Origin: Bacillota bacterium | Lineage (GTDB): Bacteria; Bacillota; Limnochordia; DTU087 | Direction: 5' to 3' | NCBI GenBank assembly: GCA_012519025.1 | Contig: JAAYQZ010000021.1 | Span: forward strand, 8,909 to 72,908 | DNA: 64,000 nucleotides | Shown: positions 19,929-29,370 of the stretch, one piece after another | Layout: each line of letters begins with the position of its first letter | How positions within the stretch are numbered: the stretch's first letter is position 1 | Program-made: the position numbers and the translations under genes | The notes under the pieces: generated by a model | Told to the model about the DNA's origin: nothing | Database searches by the model: none | What the model saw: the letters and a program-made list of their open reading frames with translations, nothing else

Positions 19929-21650
19929 CTATTTCTTCTTAATGACATAAAGGAGTCTCACACCGGCCAAGTTGTGCTGTGGTGGAGCAGTTGGATTCTC
20001 AGATGTTGGGAATCCAGTCCAGTATGTCTCGTTGAACTCCCAGAATTCCCAAGGACGGTACTCAAGGGCAATAACCGGGATGTTCTCCATAACTATTCGA
20101 TCAAGTGCTTGATAGATCTCTGTAAGTGCTGCTTCATCACTTGTAAATGCTGCTTTGTCTAACAAACCGGCAACATCCGGATGAGAGAAGCGGTTCCAGT
20201 TTCTGTATGCCGTCTGTCCAAGCGGCGGTATATCTCTATCATCTAATACATCACGGAAGCGAGTCCAAGGAAGTGCAGGACCCTGTCCGCCGGCAGGAGT
20301 ATTCATTGTGAGATCGAAATCTCCGGCCTGCAGATGATCAGTCCATACCGGTGCATCGGGGAATTCAGTGCGGATGTCAATACCGACTGCTCTGGCACTG
20401 GCAGCAACCACTTCGAGACTGGTCATCCAGTCAGTCCAACCGTAAGGACATGTAACTGTCCACGGTCCAAGGCGAGTGCCATCAGGCAATACATAAATAC
20501 CGTCGTTACCTTTTGTTGCTCCTAATTCATTTTCTAAAATATCAACTGCTTTGGCAGGATCGTATTCCCAACCATACTTTTGAGCGTCAGCCTCGCTGAA
20601 ATACTGCTGCTCTGGTACGGAATAAGGAATGATCATGCTGGAACGAGCCGGAATGGAATATCTGGACATGGCAGTTTCGGCAATTTTCGCGTAGTCGATT
20701 GCGTAAGCAATAGCACGCCGCACCAATACATTGTCCAATGCCGGACGATGAACGTTGATAAACAGTGAGGGAATCGAGCCAGGCATGTAATAGGGCTCGT
20801 CATCGTACCAGGTTCCTACTGGCAGTCCTTTATCTTCCCACATCTTCCAAATTTCGGGGACGAACTGCTGTGAAAAGTCAATTTGCCCTCGCTCTAAAGC
20901 AAGGTTCCCAGCGTCATTGCTCTTGAAAATGGGGTGAGCAAGGTAGTCCGGCGCCGGAGTACCAAAATACTTCTGACCCCAATAGTTATCATCCCGAACA
21001 AGAGTGATTTGTTGGGGATTATAGTTGAGCACCTTGTAAGGTCCGGAACCTACCGGCTCCATATTGGCCACATCCTGAGGAGACTGCCCCTCATCTTCAA
21101 TCGCTTGCCAAATGTGCTTCGGCAAAATACGGATGGTACCAAGATCCTGAACTATCATTGTGCGGTGGGGTTTCTCGGGATCCAGCACGACATCGATGGT
21201 GCGATCATCGACAACTCGCACATCGTCCACATAATTCCACCAAGCCGCGTAAGATACAGGATAGCGTCGGCCGAGATCCAAAGTATAGTAGACGTCCTCG
21301 GCGGTGAGGGGTTCACCATCTTGCCAACGAGTGCCTTCAAACAAGGTTACCCTGTAAACCATATCGTCCTCTACCCACTCTTGCTTTTCGGATAGAATCG
21401 GATCCAACTCACCGGTAACAAGGTTAAAGGCATATAGTGTCTCGTAAATGTACAGCTTATTGTTTATTGGCCAAGAAACAGACCCTCTTCCTACAGGGTT
21501 AAAGCTTGTGGGTGGTCCCCACTGGTGTCCCGCAATGTAGAAAGTGTTCTCTCTGGCCAACCGTTGGGCGCTGACTACTCCGGTGCCCAATAGTCCCACG
21601 AACAAAGCAACTATGGCAATTAAGACTACAAGCCGTCTTGATATAACCAT
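19929..21650 (-). CDS. ABC transporter substrate-binding protein, family 5 (oligopeptide/dipeptide/nickel)
   Basis: 573 aa, N-terminal signal peptide, SBP_bac_5 size and motifs. First gene of the 5-gene minus-strand operon. Confidence 0.85.
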   Translation of the reverse strand: MVISRRLVVLIAIVALFVGLLGTGVVSAQRLARENTFYIAGHQWGPPTSFNPVGRGSVSWPINNKLYIYETLYAFNLVTGELDPILSEKQEWVEDDMVYRVTLFEGTRWQDGEPLTAEDVYYTLDLGRRYPVSYAAWWNYVDDVRVVDDRTIDVVLDPEKPHRTMIVQDLGTIRILPKHIWQAIEDEGQSPQDVANMEPVGSGPYKVLNYNPQQITLVRDDNYWGQKYFGTPAPDYLAHPIFKSNDAGNLALERGQIDFSQQFVPEIWKMWEDKGLPVGTWYDDEPYYMPGSIPSLFINVHRPALDNVLVRRAIAYAIDYAKIAETAMSRYSIPARSSMIIPYSVPEQQYFSEADAQKYGWEYDPAKAVDILENELGATKGNDGIYVLPDGTRLGPWTVTCPYGWTDWMTSLEVVAASARAVGIDIRTEFPDAPVWTDHLQAGDFDLTMNTPAGGQGPALPWTRFRDVLDDRDIPPLGQTAYRNWNRFSHPDVAGLLDKAAFTSDEAALTEIYQALDRIVMENIPVIALEYRPWEFWEFNETYWTGFPTSENPTAPPQHNLAGVRLLYVIKKK

Positions 21651-21994
21651 TTAACCAAAAACCTCCTCAATTTTCATGTTGACCTCAAACACCAGCTGTC
21701 GAATTCATTTCCATGTGCGATTTTACGGTTTGCTACCCGCTCTCACCTCCATTTTCCATCGGCTGACACCAATAACGAAAACATGCACAATTGGATTTTA
21801 ACCATATCGGGTGTATTGCCTGATCCTTCGCGAAGTTGATTCCGATAGAAAACATCATTTACAAATTATACACTTTATACATTCTCTGCCTGATCGCATT
21901 ATCCTTCTAAATAACCCAACAGGATTAATATAGATTTTTAAGAAATAAGTGGGGAAAGGCTCAATCAGCATGCAATTGAAAATAAATTCGGAAG

Positions 21995-22990
21995 GTGATG
22001 CCTGTGTTAGCTGCTAATTTTATGGAAGTAGGTAAACTCAAATTGGAGGAAAAGACCGTAGCCCAACCGGGAAAGGGTGAGGTGCTAATAAAAGTAAAGG
22101 CCGCGGGTATCTGCGGCACAGACTCCCATATAGTCAAAGGTCAATCTTCCGCATCTCCTCCTGTCATCCTCGGTCATGAATATGCCGGGGAAATAGTGGA
22201 GTTGGGAGAAGGTGTCAATAATTTTCATTTAGGCGAGCGGGTGATCGCAGATCCGAATCTTTTGTGTGGAATGTGTTTTTATTGTCGGAATGGAAACGGG
22301 CATCTTTGCGAGAATTTAAGGGCCCTTGGTGTTGATCTAGACGGTGGTTTCGCGGAATACGCATTAGTGCCGGAAGTCCAATTACATAGACTTCCCGGCA
22401 ATATGGATTTTGAAGAAGGGGCATTTGTGGAACCGGTCGCCTGCTGTATCCGGGGGCTTCAACAGGCCGGCATTCAGGTCGGGGATGAAGTGGCAATCCT
22501 AGGTGGTGGACCCATCGGCTTAATTTTGCTGCAGTTGGCAAAAGCCGCAGGTGGTAAAGTAACCCTCAGCGAACCCGTAGAATCCAAGTGGGGCTTAGCT
22601 AGGGCAGTGGGGGCTGATCACATAGTATCTCCCGGTGAATTGCCTGAAAACACCTTTGATGTTGTCATTGAAGCCTCGGGGGCGCGGACGGCCATAGAGC
22701 AGTCTACAAAGACTGCCCGAAGAGGGGCCAGCATAGTGTGGTTTGGAGTATTTCCCTTGGGAGAAAGAGTTTCTATAGAACCCCATGATACTTTCCGAAA
22801 GGAGCTTCGTATCTCGGGTTCCTTTATTAACCCCAACACCCACGCGCAGGCCATCCATTTAATCAGCACCGGTGTTGTAAAGGTAAAACCGCTGATCAGT
22901 CATCACTTCTCGCTTCGGGAAATTGAAACCGCATTAGAACTCCATGATTCCGGTACAGCCAACAAAATTATGATTATCCCCAACTATTAA
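21995..22990 (+). CDS. zinc-dependent medium-chain alcohol dehydrogenase (threonine/sorbitol dehydrogenase-like)
   Basis: 331 aa; GICGTDSHI catalytic-zinc motif, GHEYAGEIVELG, structural-zinc Cys cluster CGMCFYCRNGNGHLC, GGGPIGL Rossmann motif. Confidence 0.85.
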   Translation: MMPVLAANFMEVGKLKLEEKTVAQPGKGEVLIKVKAAGICGTDSHIVKGQSSASPPVILGHEYAGEIVELGEGVNNFHLGERVIADPNLLCGMCFYCRNGNGHLCENLRALGVDLDGGFAEYALVPEVQLHRLPGNMDFEEGAFVEPVACCIRGLQQAGIQVGDEVAILGGGPIGLILLQLAKAAGGKVTLSEPVESKWGLARAVGADHIVSPGELPENTFDVVIEASGARTAIEQSTKTARRGASIVWFGVFPLGERVSIEPHDTFRKELRISGSFINPNTHAQAIHLISTGVVKVKPLISHHFSLREIETALELHDSGTANKIMIIPNY

Positions 22991-23014
22991 ATATGACTAG
23001 TTACCAAGACATAA

Positions 23015-23055
23015 AACAAGGAAGCGGGGATCACAATCAGGATCCCTGCTTCCTT
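23015..23055 (-). terminator. probable intrinsic terminator between the convergent ADH and rubrerythrin genes
   Basis: Imperfect 13-bp inverted repeat AAGGAAGCGGGGATC / GATCCCTGCTTCCTT, followed by a T-rich tract on the minus strand. Confidence 0.4.
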
Positions 23056-23083
23056 TCACCTGCTGTAGATTAAAACTCGGTTT

Positions 23084-23617
23084 TTAGTAGTTTTCGGCCA
23101 TCTCTTCAAAGTAGGCTCTGGGATGGAGGCAAGCCGGGCATGCCTTGGGTGGCTCGGCGCCTTCATGCACATAGCCACAGTTGCGGCACTGCCAGCGAAT
23201 TGGCTCTTCCCTCGTAAATACTGTGCCATCTTTAACACGATCTAGAAGAGCTAGGAAGCGCTTTTCATGTTCTTCCTCTACCTCCGCAACTTCGTGGAAG
23301 AAATCGGCGATATCTGTGAAACCTTCTTCTCTAGCTACAACTTCAAATCCCTTGTACATCTCTGACCATTCATAGCGTTCTCCGGCTGCCGCATCTTTTA
23401 AGTTGTCTGCAGTGTTGCCGATGATGCCAAGAAAGCGGGCGATGCGCTTGGCGTGCTCTTTTTCGTGATCAGCTGTTTCCAGAAAAATTGCAGCTATCTG
23501 CTCATAACCTGCCCTTTTGGCCTCTTGTGCAAAATATGTGTACTTACTTCTGGCCTGGGACTCGCCGGCAAAAGCGGTCATGAGGTTCTTTTCCGTTTTC
23601 GAGCCTTTCAATGTCAT
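23084..23617 (-). CDS. rbr: rubrerythrin (ferritin-like diiron domain plus C-terminal rubredoxin-like domain)
   Basis: 177 aa; MTLKGSKTEKNLMTAFAGESQARSKY canonical rubrerythrin N-terminus, ExxH diiron motifs, C-terminal CRNCGY...CPAC rubredoxin fold. Confidence 0.9.
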   Translation of the reverse strand: MTLKGSKTEKNLMTAFAGESQARSKYTYFAQEAKRAGYEQIAAIFLETADHEKEHAKRIARFLGIIGNTADNLKDAAAGERYEWSEMYKGFEVVAREEGFTDIADFFHEVAEVEEEHEKRFLALLDRVKDGTVFTREEPIRWQCRNCGYVHEGAEPPKACPACLHPRAYFEEMAENY

Positions 23618-23628
23618 ATAATTACCCC

Positions 23629-23643
23629 TTCCTCATGTTGATA
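23629..23643. promoter_or_regulatory. PerR/Fur-family 7-1-7 box (TGATAATCATTATCc) overlapping the rubrerythrin promoter/RBS region
   Basis: 14/15 match to the TGATAATNATTATCA Fur/PerR-box consensus, located 12-26 nt upstream of the rbr start codon. rbr is a classic PerR-regulon member in clostridia. Confidence 0.6.
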
Positions 23644-23707
23644 ATCATTATCCTTAGCATTATTGTAAGTTATTACAGAGCCCTTGTCAAATAGGGACTC
23701 TTACAGC

Positions 23708-25384
23708 TTAAGCGCCCTCTTCATCCCCGGTTTTAATGCCGCGCACCGCGGTATCCAAAGTGTCGGCTGTAACCGCAAGCATCTGAGAGGAATTGCTGAT
23801 CTCATCAACTGTTGCAGATTGCTCTTCTGTTGCAGCCGCAATTTCTTGGCTGCCGGCGGCCAAACCTTCTGCTGCATGGGCAATTGCCTGGATTCTTTCA
23901 CTCATTTGTTCAACCGAAGTAATGATCGCCCCGAGACGTTGGGCCGTCCCTTCCACCGCAACAACACCTTCGTTCACAGCCTCACTGCCCTGTCCCATAC
24001 TGGCAAGGGTCGCATCAGAACGTGCAGCTACTCTGGAAATAAGAAGTTCAATTTCTCCCGAAGCCTGGCTGGAACGCTCGGCTAAATCTCGAATTTCTTC
24101 TGCAACAACAGCAAATCCCCTGCCCTGCTCTCCGGCACGGGCAGCCTCAATGGCAGCATTTAAAGCCAGCAAATTAATTTGGTCCGCTATATCGGCAATT
24201 GTCGCAGTGATCGTTTCAATTTCCACTGTTTCCAGGTTTAAATCCTGAACAGCCTCTGCCAGCTCACCAACGACTGCCTCTATTCTATCCATAGTCTTAA
24301 GCAGGTCATCAAGTTGTTGGGAACCCTCGTGTCCGGTAACAGCAATCCCTTGGGCCTGTTCAGCCATTTCACTGGCATCGAAACTCACTTGTTGGACATG
24401 TGTGGCGAACTCAGAAGCCGTTGTGGCCACATCTTGTGTTGCAGCAGACATTTCATCCATAGCCCGGGCCACCTGGTGGCTTGTATTATTAATAGACATC
24501 ACAGAGCTGCGCACGTTTCTGACTATATCGCGCACATGGTCTACAAATTGATTAATAGCAGTGGCCATTGTCTCGCACTCGTCACCGGAACTCACCTGCA
24601 GTGATCCCGAAAGATCACCGTCTCCGATTCTGCGAGCTAGACTCACCACCTGCTCTAAAACCCGGGTAATACCGGCAGTGACAAAAACGATCAACCCTAT
24701 ACTTAATATGGCAACAGCTACCATGGCAAGCATTAGCGTCTTGTAGGTTCTATCACCAACCGCTTCTGCCTCAAGCACCGCCTGCTGTCCCAGTTCGCTT
24801 GCACCCAGTCTCAACTGTGCCATGATACCCCGGGCTTCGGTGAGGTGAGGGCCCACGTTGTCTTCAAAATATCGAAATAATTCAGCTGTAGTGGCTTGAG
24901 TCTGCATGAAGGACACCAAACCAGCGGCCCCTTCATGAAGATTTTTGTGGGGTCTTTCGAGATCCTTGAGCAGCTTTTGCATTGTGTTTGGCAATGCAGC
25001 AAAATCCGCTGACTCTATATAGGAGTAATACCATTTCCCCAATGCACATGCCGTTGGATCAAGCTCACCTTGGAAGTCGCGACTGTAAAGCATTGATGCC
25101 AAAAGATCCTGACCCCATGCTAGGTGATCAACTTCACGCTGTGCAACGAAAGCACTGAAGTGTTCTTGATCAATGGCCACCATATGCGCATCATCAAGTT
25201 GTCTGATAAGACGAAAAGTATATCGATTGCCGGCGACAATTAGTAAAACGATGATAGCAAACACAGTTAAGAGCTTACCCCGAATGGATAGTTTGGTTTT
25301 CACGGGTAGACCTCCGTTTCCGTAGCAAGCCACGCGATCTTTATACCCATCTTCCGAGATATTCAATCCTAAAAAAATCTCCAT
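23708..25384 (-). CDS. methyl-accepting chemotaxis protein with an extracytoplasmic CZB (chemoreceptor zinc-binding) sensor domain
   Basis: 558 aa; TM1, then the CZB motif HLAW-x22-CALGKW-x27-HKNLH (Hxx[WF]...CxLGxW...HxxxH), TM2, HAMP, then the MCP signalling domain with Ala/Ser-rich methylation heptads. Confidence 0.85.
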   Translation of the reverse strand: MEIFLGLNISEDGYKDRVACYGNGGLPVKTKLSIRGKLLTVFAIIVLLIVAGNRYTFRLIRQLDDAHMVAIDQEHFSAFVAQREVDHLAWGQDLLASMLYSRDFQGELDPTACALGKWYYSYIESADFAALPNTMQKLLKDLERPHKNLHEGAAGLVSFMQTQATTAELFRYFEDNVGPHLTEARGIMAQLRLGASELGQQAVLEAEAVGDRTYKTLMLAMVAVAILSIGLIVFVTAGITRVLEQVVSLARRIGDGDLSGSLQVSSGDECETMATAINQFVDHVRDIVRNVRSSVMSINNTSHQVARAMDEMSAATQDVATTASEFATHVQQVSFDASEMAEQAQGIAVTGHEGSQQLDDLLKTMDRIEAVVGELAEAVQDLNLETVEIETITATIADIADQINLLALNAAIEAARAGEQGRGFAVVAEEIRDLAERSSQASGEIELLISRVAARSDATLASMGQGSEAVNEGVVAVEGTAQRLGAIITSVEQMSERIQAIAHAAEGLAAGSQEIAAATEEQSATVDEISNSSQMLAVTADTLDTAVRGIKTGDEEGA

Positions 25385-25499
25385 ATCCCTAGAATTTCGG
25401 AATCCTTTTAGCCGTCGACGGCAAGTTTGGATTTTATGCTCTCACAACACAAAAGACCGAACCCTTGTTGGTTCGGCCTTTTGACAAAGTTCGACATAC

Positions 25500-26585
25500 T
25501 TAGTTATCGAAGTATACAGGCTTGCCGGTCTTAGCAGATTCGTAGATTGCCTCAAGAATCTGGGTGACAACAAAAGCCTGATGGGGTTTGACCAAAGGCT
25601 CAGTATCATTGACGATTGAATCGATCCAGGCTTTGGCTTCAAGAGCACCGGCATCTTCATGAGCGGCATCGTAGAAGGCAACGCCTTGACCACGCATAAC
25701 AGGTTTCGTGGTGTAAAGTTTGCCCAGTTTCTCACCGTTGATGCGCAGACCATCAAGCATATCGGCACCAGCTTTGGTTCCGCACAGAATTGTTTGGGAC
25801 TCGCCCACCTGGAGGGTGTTTAGGGCCCAGCTTGACTCTAAAATAATGGTCATACCGTTGTCAAATTGAACGAATCCAAAGGCGGAATCTTCAGTAGTAA
25901 ACTCTTTGGGATCCCATGGACCAAATGGGTTGGCGGCATTCTCGTTGTCCGCAAGTTTACGATAGGTAACTCCCATTACGCTGACGGGCTTATAGTTGTT
26001 GGTCAGCCAAAGTGTTAGGTCCAGTGCATGGGTTCCGATGTCGATCAGTGGTCCGCCACCCTGGCGCTCTTCATCCAAGAAAATACCCCAGGTGGGTACA
26101 CCGCGGCGTCGCACGGCAAGGGCTTTGGCAAAGTAAACTTCACCCAAGTCACCTTCATCACAAAGCTGTTTTAGATACTGGCACTCTGCACGAAAACGTC
26201 CCTGATAGCCAATGGTCAGCTTTTTCCCTGTTCGCTCAGCAGCATCAAGCATCAACTGTGCTTGCTCAGAGTTAATGGCCATTGGCTTTTCGCACATTAC
26301 GTGTTTGCCGGCTTCTAAAGCGGCTACGGTGATCGGTGCGTGAGCATCATTGGGGGTTAGGACATGGACAACATCCAAATCCTCCAACGCGATTAGATCA
26401 CGATAATCGGTAAACACCTTGGCATCCGGGGTTCCATACTCTTTGGCACCCTTAACAGCCCGCTCTTCGATGATGTCGCAAAAGGCCACCATTTCCACGT
26501 TATCCAATTTAGACAAGCTTGGCATATGTTTGCCATTGGCGATACCGCCCACACCTACAAGTCCTACTCTTACTTTCTTACTCAT
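25500..26585 (-). CDS. Gfo/Idh/MocA-family oxidoreductase (inositol 2-dehydrogenase-like)
   Basis: 361 aa; Rossmann fold VGLVGVGGIANGKH, EKPMA motif, C-terminal GFO_IDH_MocA_C region. Confidence 0.85.
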   Translation of the reverse strand: MSKKVRVGLVGVGGIANGKHMPSLSKLDNVEMVAFCDIIEERAVKGAKEYGTPDAKVFTDYRDLIALEDLDVVHVLTPNDAHAPITVAALEAGKHVMCEKPMAINSEQAQLMLDAAERTGKKLTIGYQGRFRAECQYLKQLCDEGDLGEVYFAKALAVRRRGVPTWGIFLDEERQGGGPLIDIGTHALDLTLWLTNNYKPVSVMGVTYRKLADNENAANPFGPWDPKEFTTEDSAFGFVQFDNGMTIILESSWALNTLQVGESQTILCGTKAGADMLDGLRINGEKLGKLYTTKPVMRGQGVAFYDAAHEDAGALEAKAWIDSIVNDTEPLVKPHQAFVVTQILEAIYESAKTGKPVYFDN

Positions 26586-26778
26586 TTACGCAATCCTCCT
26601 TTAAGTAATCTACATTATATATACTGTAATAGTTCGCCATACCCTTCTAGGTTCCTCTTTCCAGTATCATTTCAGAAAGATTATGCAGAATATGCTCCGC
26701 AATTTCCAGGATTCTGGTTTTAAACACCGAAAGACAAAAGACCTAGGGTTCCACACAATTACTGCCAGGAGGTCTTTT

Positions 26779-27945
26779 ATGGTATCTATCTCCTCTATTC
26801 TTCGTTTGCTGTATTTTTCGTTTTACGGCAGTGGAGTTATGGTGTCTAGTTTCCGGAATCTTTATTTTCAGCAACAAGGTCTTTCTGCAATACATATCGG
26901 CCTGATTGCCGCATTGGAGCCGGCAGTTATGCTTATATCCCAGCCCTATTGGGGCATGGTCAGCGACTCCCGGGGGCGCCGCCGCACGTTGATGATGTTA
27001 ATTGCTGTCTCAGCTTTCTTGACTTTAGGCTATCTCACACCGGTCAATGTTTGGGCCCTGGCAGGTTTAGCATTAGTGCTTTCGTTCTTTCGCAGTCCCA
27101 CAGGACCTATATTAGACAGTATAGTCTTAGATCATCTTGACGAAGCGGGAGGCCGTTTTGCCCGTTTTAGACTTTGGGGAGCTGTCGGCTGGTCATCTAT
27201 GGCTTTTGTTGTCGGCCGCATTACCAATTACTTCGGTATCTCTTCTGCGTTCCTATCAGGTGCATTAGGCTTAACTTTTGTATATTTCTTGCTGTGGCGG
27301 TTTATACCTTCAGGAAAATCACATCAATTTCGAGGCAAAGCGTTAAAGGGGTTCAAAACACTTATCCAAAATAAGGCCTTGGTCAAGTTTCTGTTCACCA
27401 TTTTCATGCTGCAGCTATCTGCTGCATCTATAATGTCTATGCTGCCTTTATACTTAAACCAATTAGGTGCCACCCATGCCCAAATCGGGTTTTCGTTTAC
27501 AATAGAGGGAATAAGTGAAATCCCACTCTTTTTGGTGGCTGACAGATTGCTGGCCACCTGGGGTGTCAAACCCTTACTGGTCACTGCGATCTTTGCTTAC
27601 AGTTTGCGATTGATTTTATATTCCTTTGCTACAACCCCGTTGTTCGTCCTTATACCCCAGGCTCTCCACGGAGTTTGCTGGGCATTTTTTAATACCGCCA
27701 CAGTAAATTACATAAACGAGCAAGTGCCTGCCAGTTTGCGAAGTACAGGCCAGACCTTATTTACAGCAGTATTTTGGGGATTGGGTTCAGCTGCAGGTAA
27801 CATTGTCGGCGGCCTGATGTTTGAGCACCTGGGTCCGGCCATGATGTACCGCATCCAAGGAGTGTTTGCCCTGTGTGTAGCATTGTATGCCATTTTGATA
27901 CTCCCCCAAACCAAGACTAGACATACTCCTACCTTAGAGGCGTAA
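26779..27945 (+). CDS. MFS transporter
   Basis: AGGAGG RBS before ATG at 26779 (MVSISSILRL...); 12 predicted TM helices; GxxSDxxGRR MFS motif (GMVSDSRGRRR). Confidence 0.8.
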   Translation: MVSISSILRLLYFSFYGSGVMVSSFRNLYFQQQGLSAIHIGLIAALEPAVMLISQPYWGMVSDSRGRRRTLMMLIAVSAFLTLGYLTPVNVWALAGLALVLSFFRSPTGPILDSIVLDHLDEAGGRFARFRLWGAVGWSSMAFVVGRITNYFGISSAFLSGALGLTFVYFLLWRFIPSGKSHQFRGKALKGFKTLIQNKALVKFLFTIFMLQLSAASIMSMLPLYLNQLGATHAQIGFSFTIEGISEIPLFLVADRLLATWGVKPLLVTAIFAYSLRLILYSFATTPLFVLIPQALHGVCWAFFNTATVNYINEQVPASLRSTGQTLFTAVFWGLGSAAGNIVGGLMFEHLGPAMMYRIQGVFALCVALYAILILPQTKTRHTPTLEA

Positions 27946-28028
27946 TATTTGGTATTCCCATGACTAGAACCCGCCATTTGGGGGAAATTTAGTATGTCGG
28001 CATCAATATCATGCAAGGAGGAGATGGC

Positions 28029-29120
28029 ATGGAGAGAGTCATCATAGCCCCCGGTCGTTATATCCAAGGTCCAGGTACTATCAAAAACCTTGGACAGCAT
28101 GTATCCAATTTTGGGGAGCGTCCCTTAGTAGTTGTGGATAAAGGGGTTGTAGGGATTTTAGGTGAGACCCTCAAACAATCACTCCATGAACACGTACAGC
28201 CGTTAATTGAAATATTCGAAGGTGAGTGCTCCAAGAAAGAGATTTCCCGACTGCAAAAATCAGCCGGCAGCAACGCCAATGTTGTAATTGGTGTCGGCGG
28301 GGGCAAAGCGATTGACACGGCTAAAGCTGTGGCGCATTTTATGCAAATTCCGGTAGTGGTGGTTCCTACTATCGCCGCTACAGATGCTCCCACCAGTGCA
28401 CTGTCTGTTATTTATACTGAGGCAGGTGTGTTTGAAGAATACCTGTTTTTACCGAGAAATCCAGATTTAGTCCTTTTAGATACAGAAGTGATTGCCAATG
28501 CCCCTCCCCGCTTTCTCGCCAGTGGGATGGGAGATGCGCTTGCCACCTATTTTGAAGCAGAAGCATGTGCCCGTTCCGGTGCCAAAAGTATGGCGGGAGG
28601 CCGCACCACTTTGGCGGCTTTGGCCCTTGCCAGGCTTTGCTATGAAACACTGCTTAAGTATGGTGAGCAAGCTATGTGGGCAGTCCAAAACCGGGCGGTC
28701 ACGCCTGCCCTGGAGGCAGTGGTGGAAGCTAACACTCTACTTTCAGGCATAGGGTTTGAGAGCAGCGGCCTTGCTGCCGCCCATGCCATTCACAACGGGT
28801 TCACTGCTCTGGAGGGCACTGAAACCGCCTACCACGGTGAAAAGGTTGCTTTTTCCACCCTGGTGCAGTTGGTTTTGGAGGGACGTACCATAGAGGAAGT
28901 CGAGGAAGTCATAGGTTTTTGTCTTGCCATCGACCTTCCCATTACCTTGAGGCAGCTTGGTGTGGAAATAGTCGACCCCAAGGCCCTTACGCGGGCAGCC
29001 GAAGTGGCAGCACATCCAGATGAAACTATTCACAACATGCCCTTCAAAGTAACTGCCTCTATGGTTAAAGACGCCATATTAGCCGCGGATGCCATGGGCA
29101 GAGCTTACTTGGCAAATTAA
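28029..29120 (+). CDS. gldA: glycerol dehydrogenase (iron-containing/group III alcohol dehydrogenase family)
   Basis: AGGAGG RBS before ATG at 28029 (MERVIIAPGRYIQGPG); GGGKAIDTAKA NAD-binding motif; His-rich metal site (AAHAIHNGFT). Confidence 0.85.
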   Translation: MERVIIAPGRYIQGPGTIKNLGQHVSNFGERPLVVVDKGVVGILGETLKQSLHEHVQPLIEIFEGECSKKEISRLQKSAGSNANVVIGVGGGKAIDTAKAVAHFMQIPVVVVPTIAATDAPTSALSVIYTEAGVFEEYLFLPRNPDLVLLDTEVIANAPPRFLASGMGDALATYFEAEACARSGAKSMAGGRTTLAALALARLCYETLLKYGEQAMWAVQNRAVTPALEAVVEANTLLSGIGFESSGLAAAHAIHNGFTALEGTETAYHGEKVAFSTLVQLVLEGRTIEEVEEVIGFCLAIDLPITLRQLGVEIVDPKALTRAAEVAAHPDETIHNMPFKVTASMVKDAILAADAMGRAYLAN

Positions 29121-29370
29121 CATCAAAAGCAAGATGGGCTGCACCAACCAGCGTGCAGCCCTTTTATGTTTGACCCCCCACCCCACAGCCCCGCAAGCTT
29201 GGGGCACTCCATTATGCCAATATTACATACCGCTGATGGTAATATCTTCTCACAATGTATTCAGTTGAAGGCACTTCCGTATGCAGGATATAGCATCTTA
29301 GGGGAGAACAGGTTTTACAACACCTGTTTGGAAAAATGTCGAATTTTACACAGCACAGGAGGCCCTAAGG

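Noticed and set aside
23793-24248. Long antisense/alternate-frame ORFs inside both MCP genes (e.g. 23793..24248, 24314..24604, 43108..43428, 43585..43797)
   Set aside because: MCP signalling domains are Ala/Ser/Glu-rich heptad repeats whose GC-rich codons leave other frames open. The translations are low-complexity Ala/Ser/Pro strings with no start context.
26740-26782. Stem-loop (AAGACCT...AGGTCTT) overlapping the MFS transporter RBS, considered as a translational control element
   Set aside because: The stem is only 7 bp with a 25-nt loop, and there are no conserved aptamer-like features. It is too weak to call from sequence alone.
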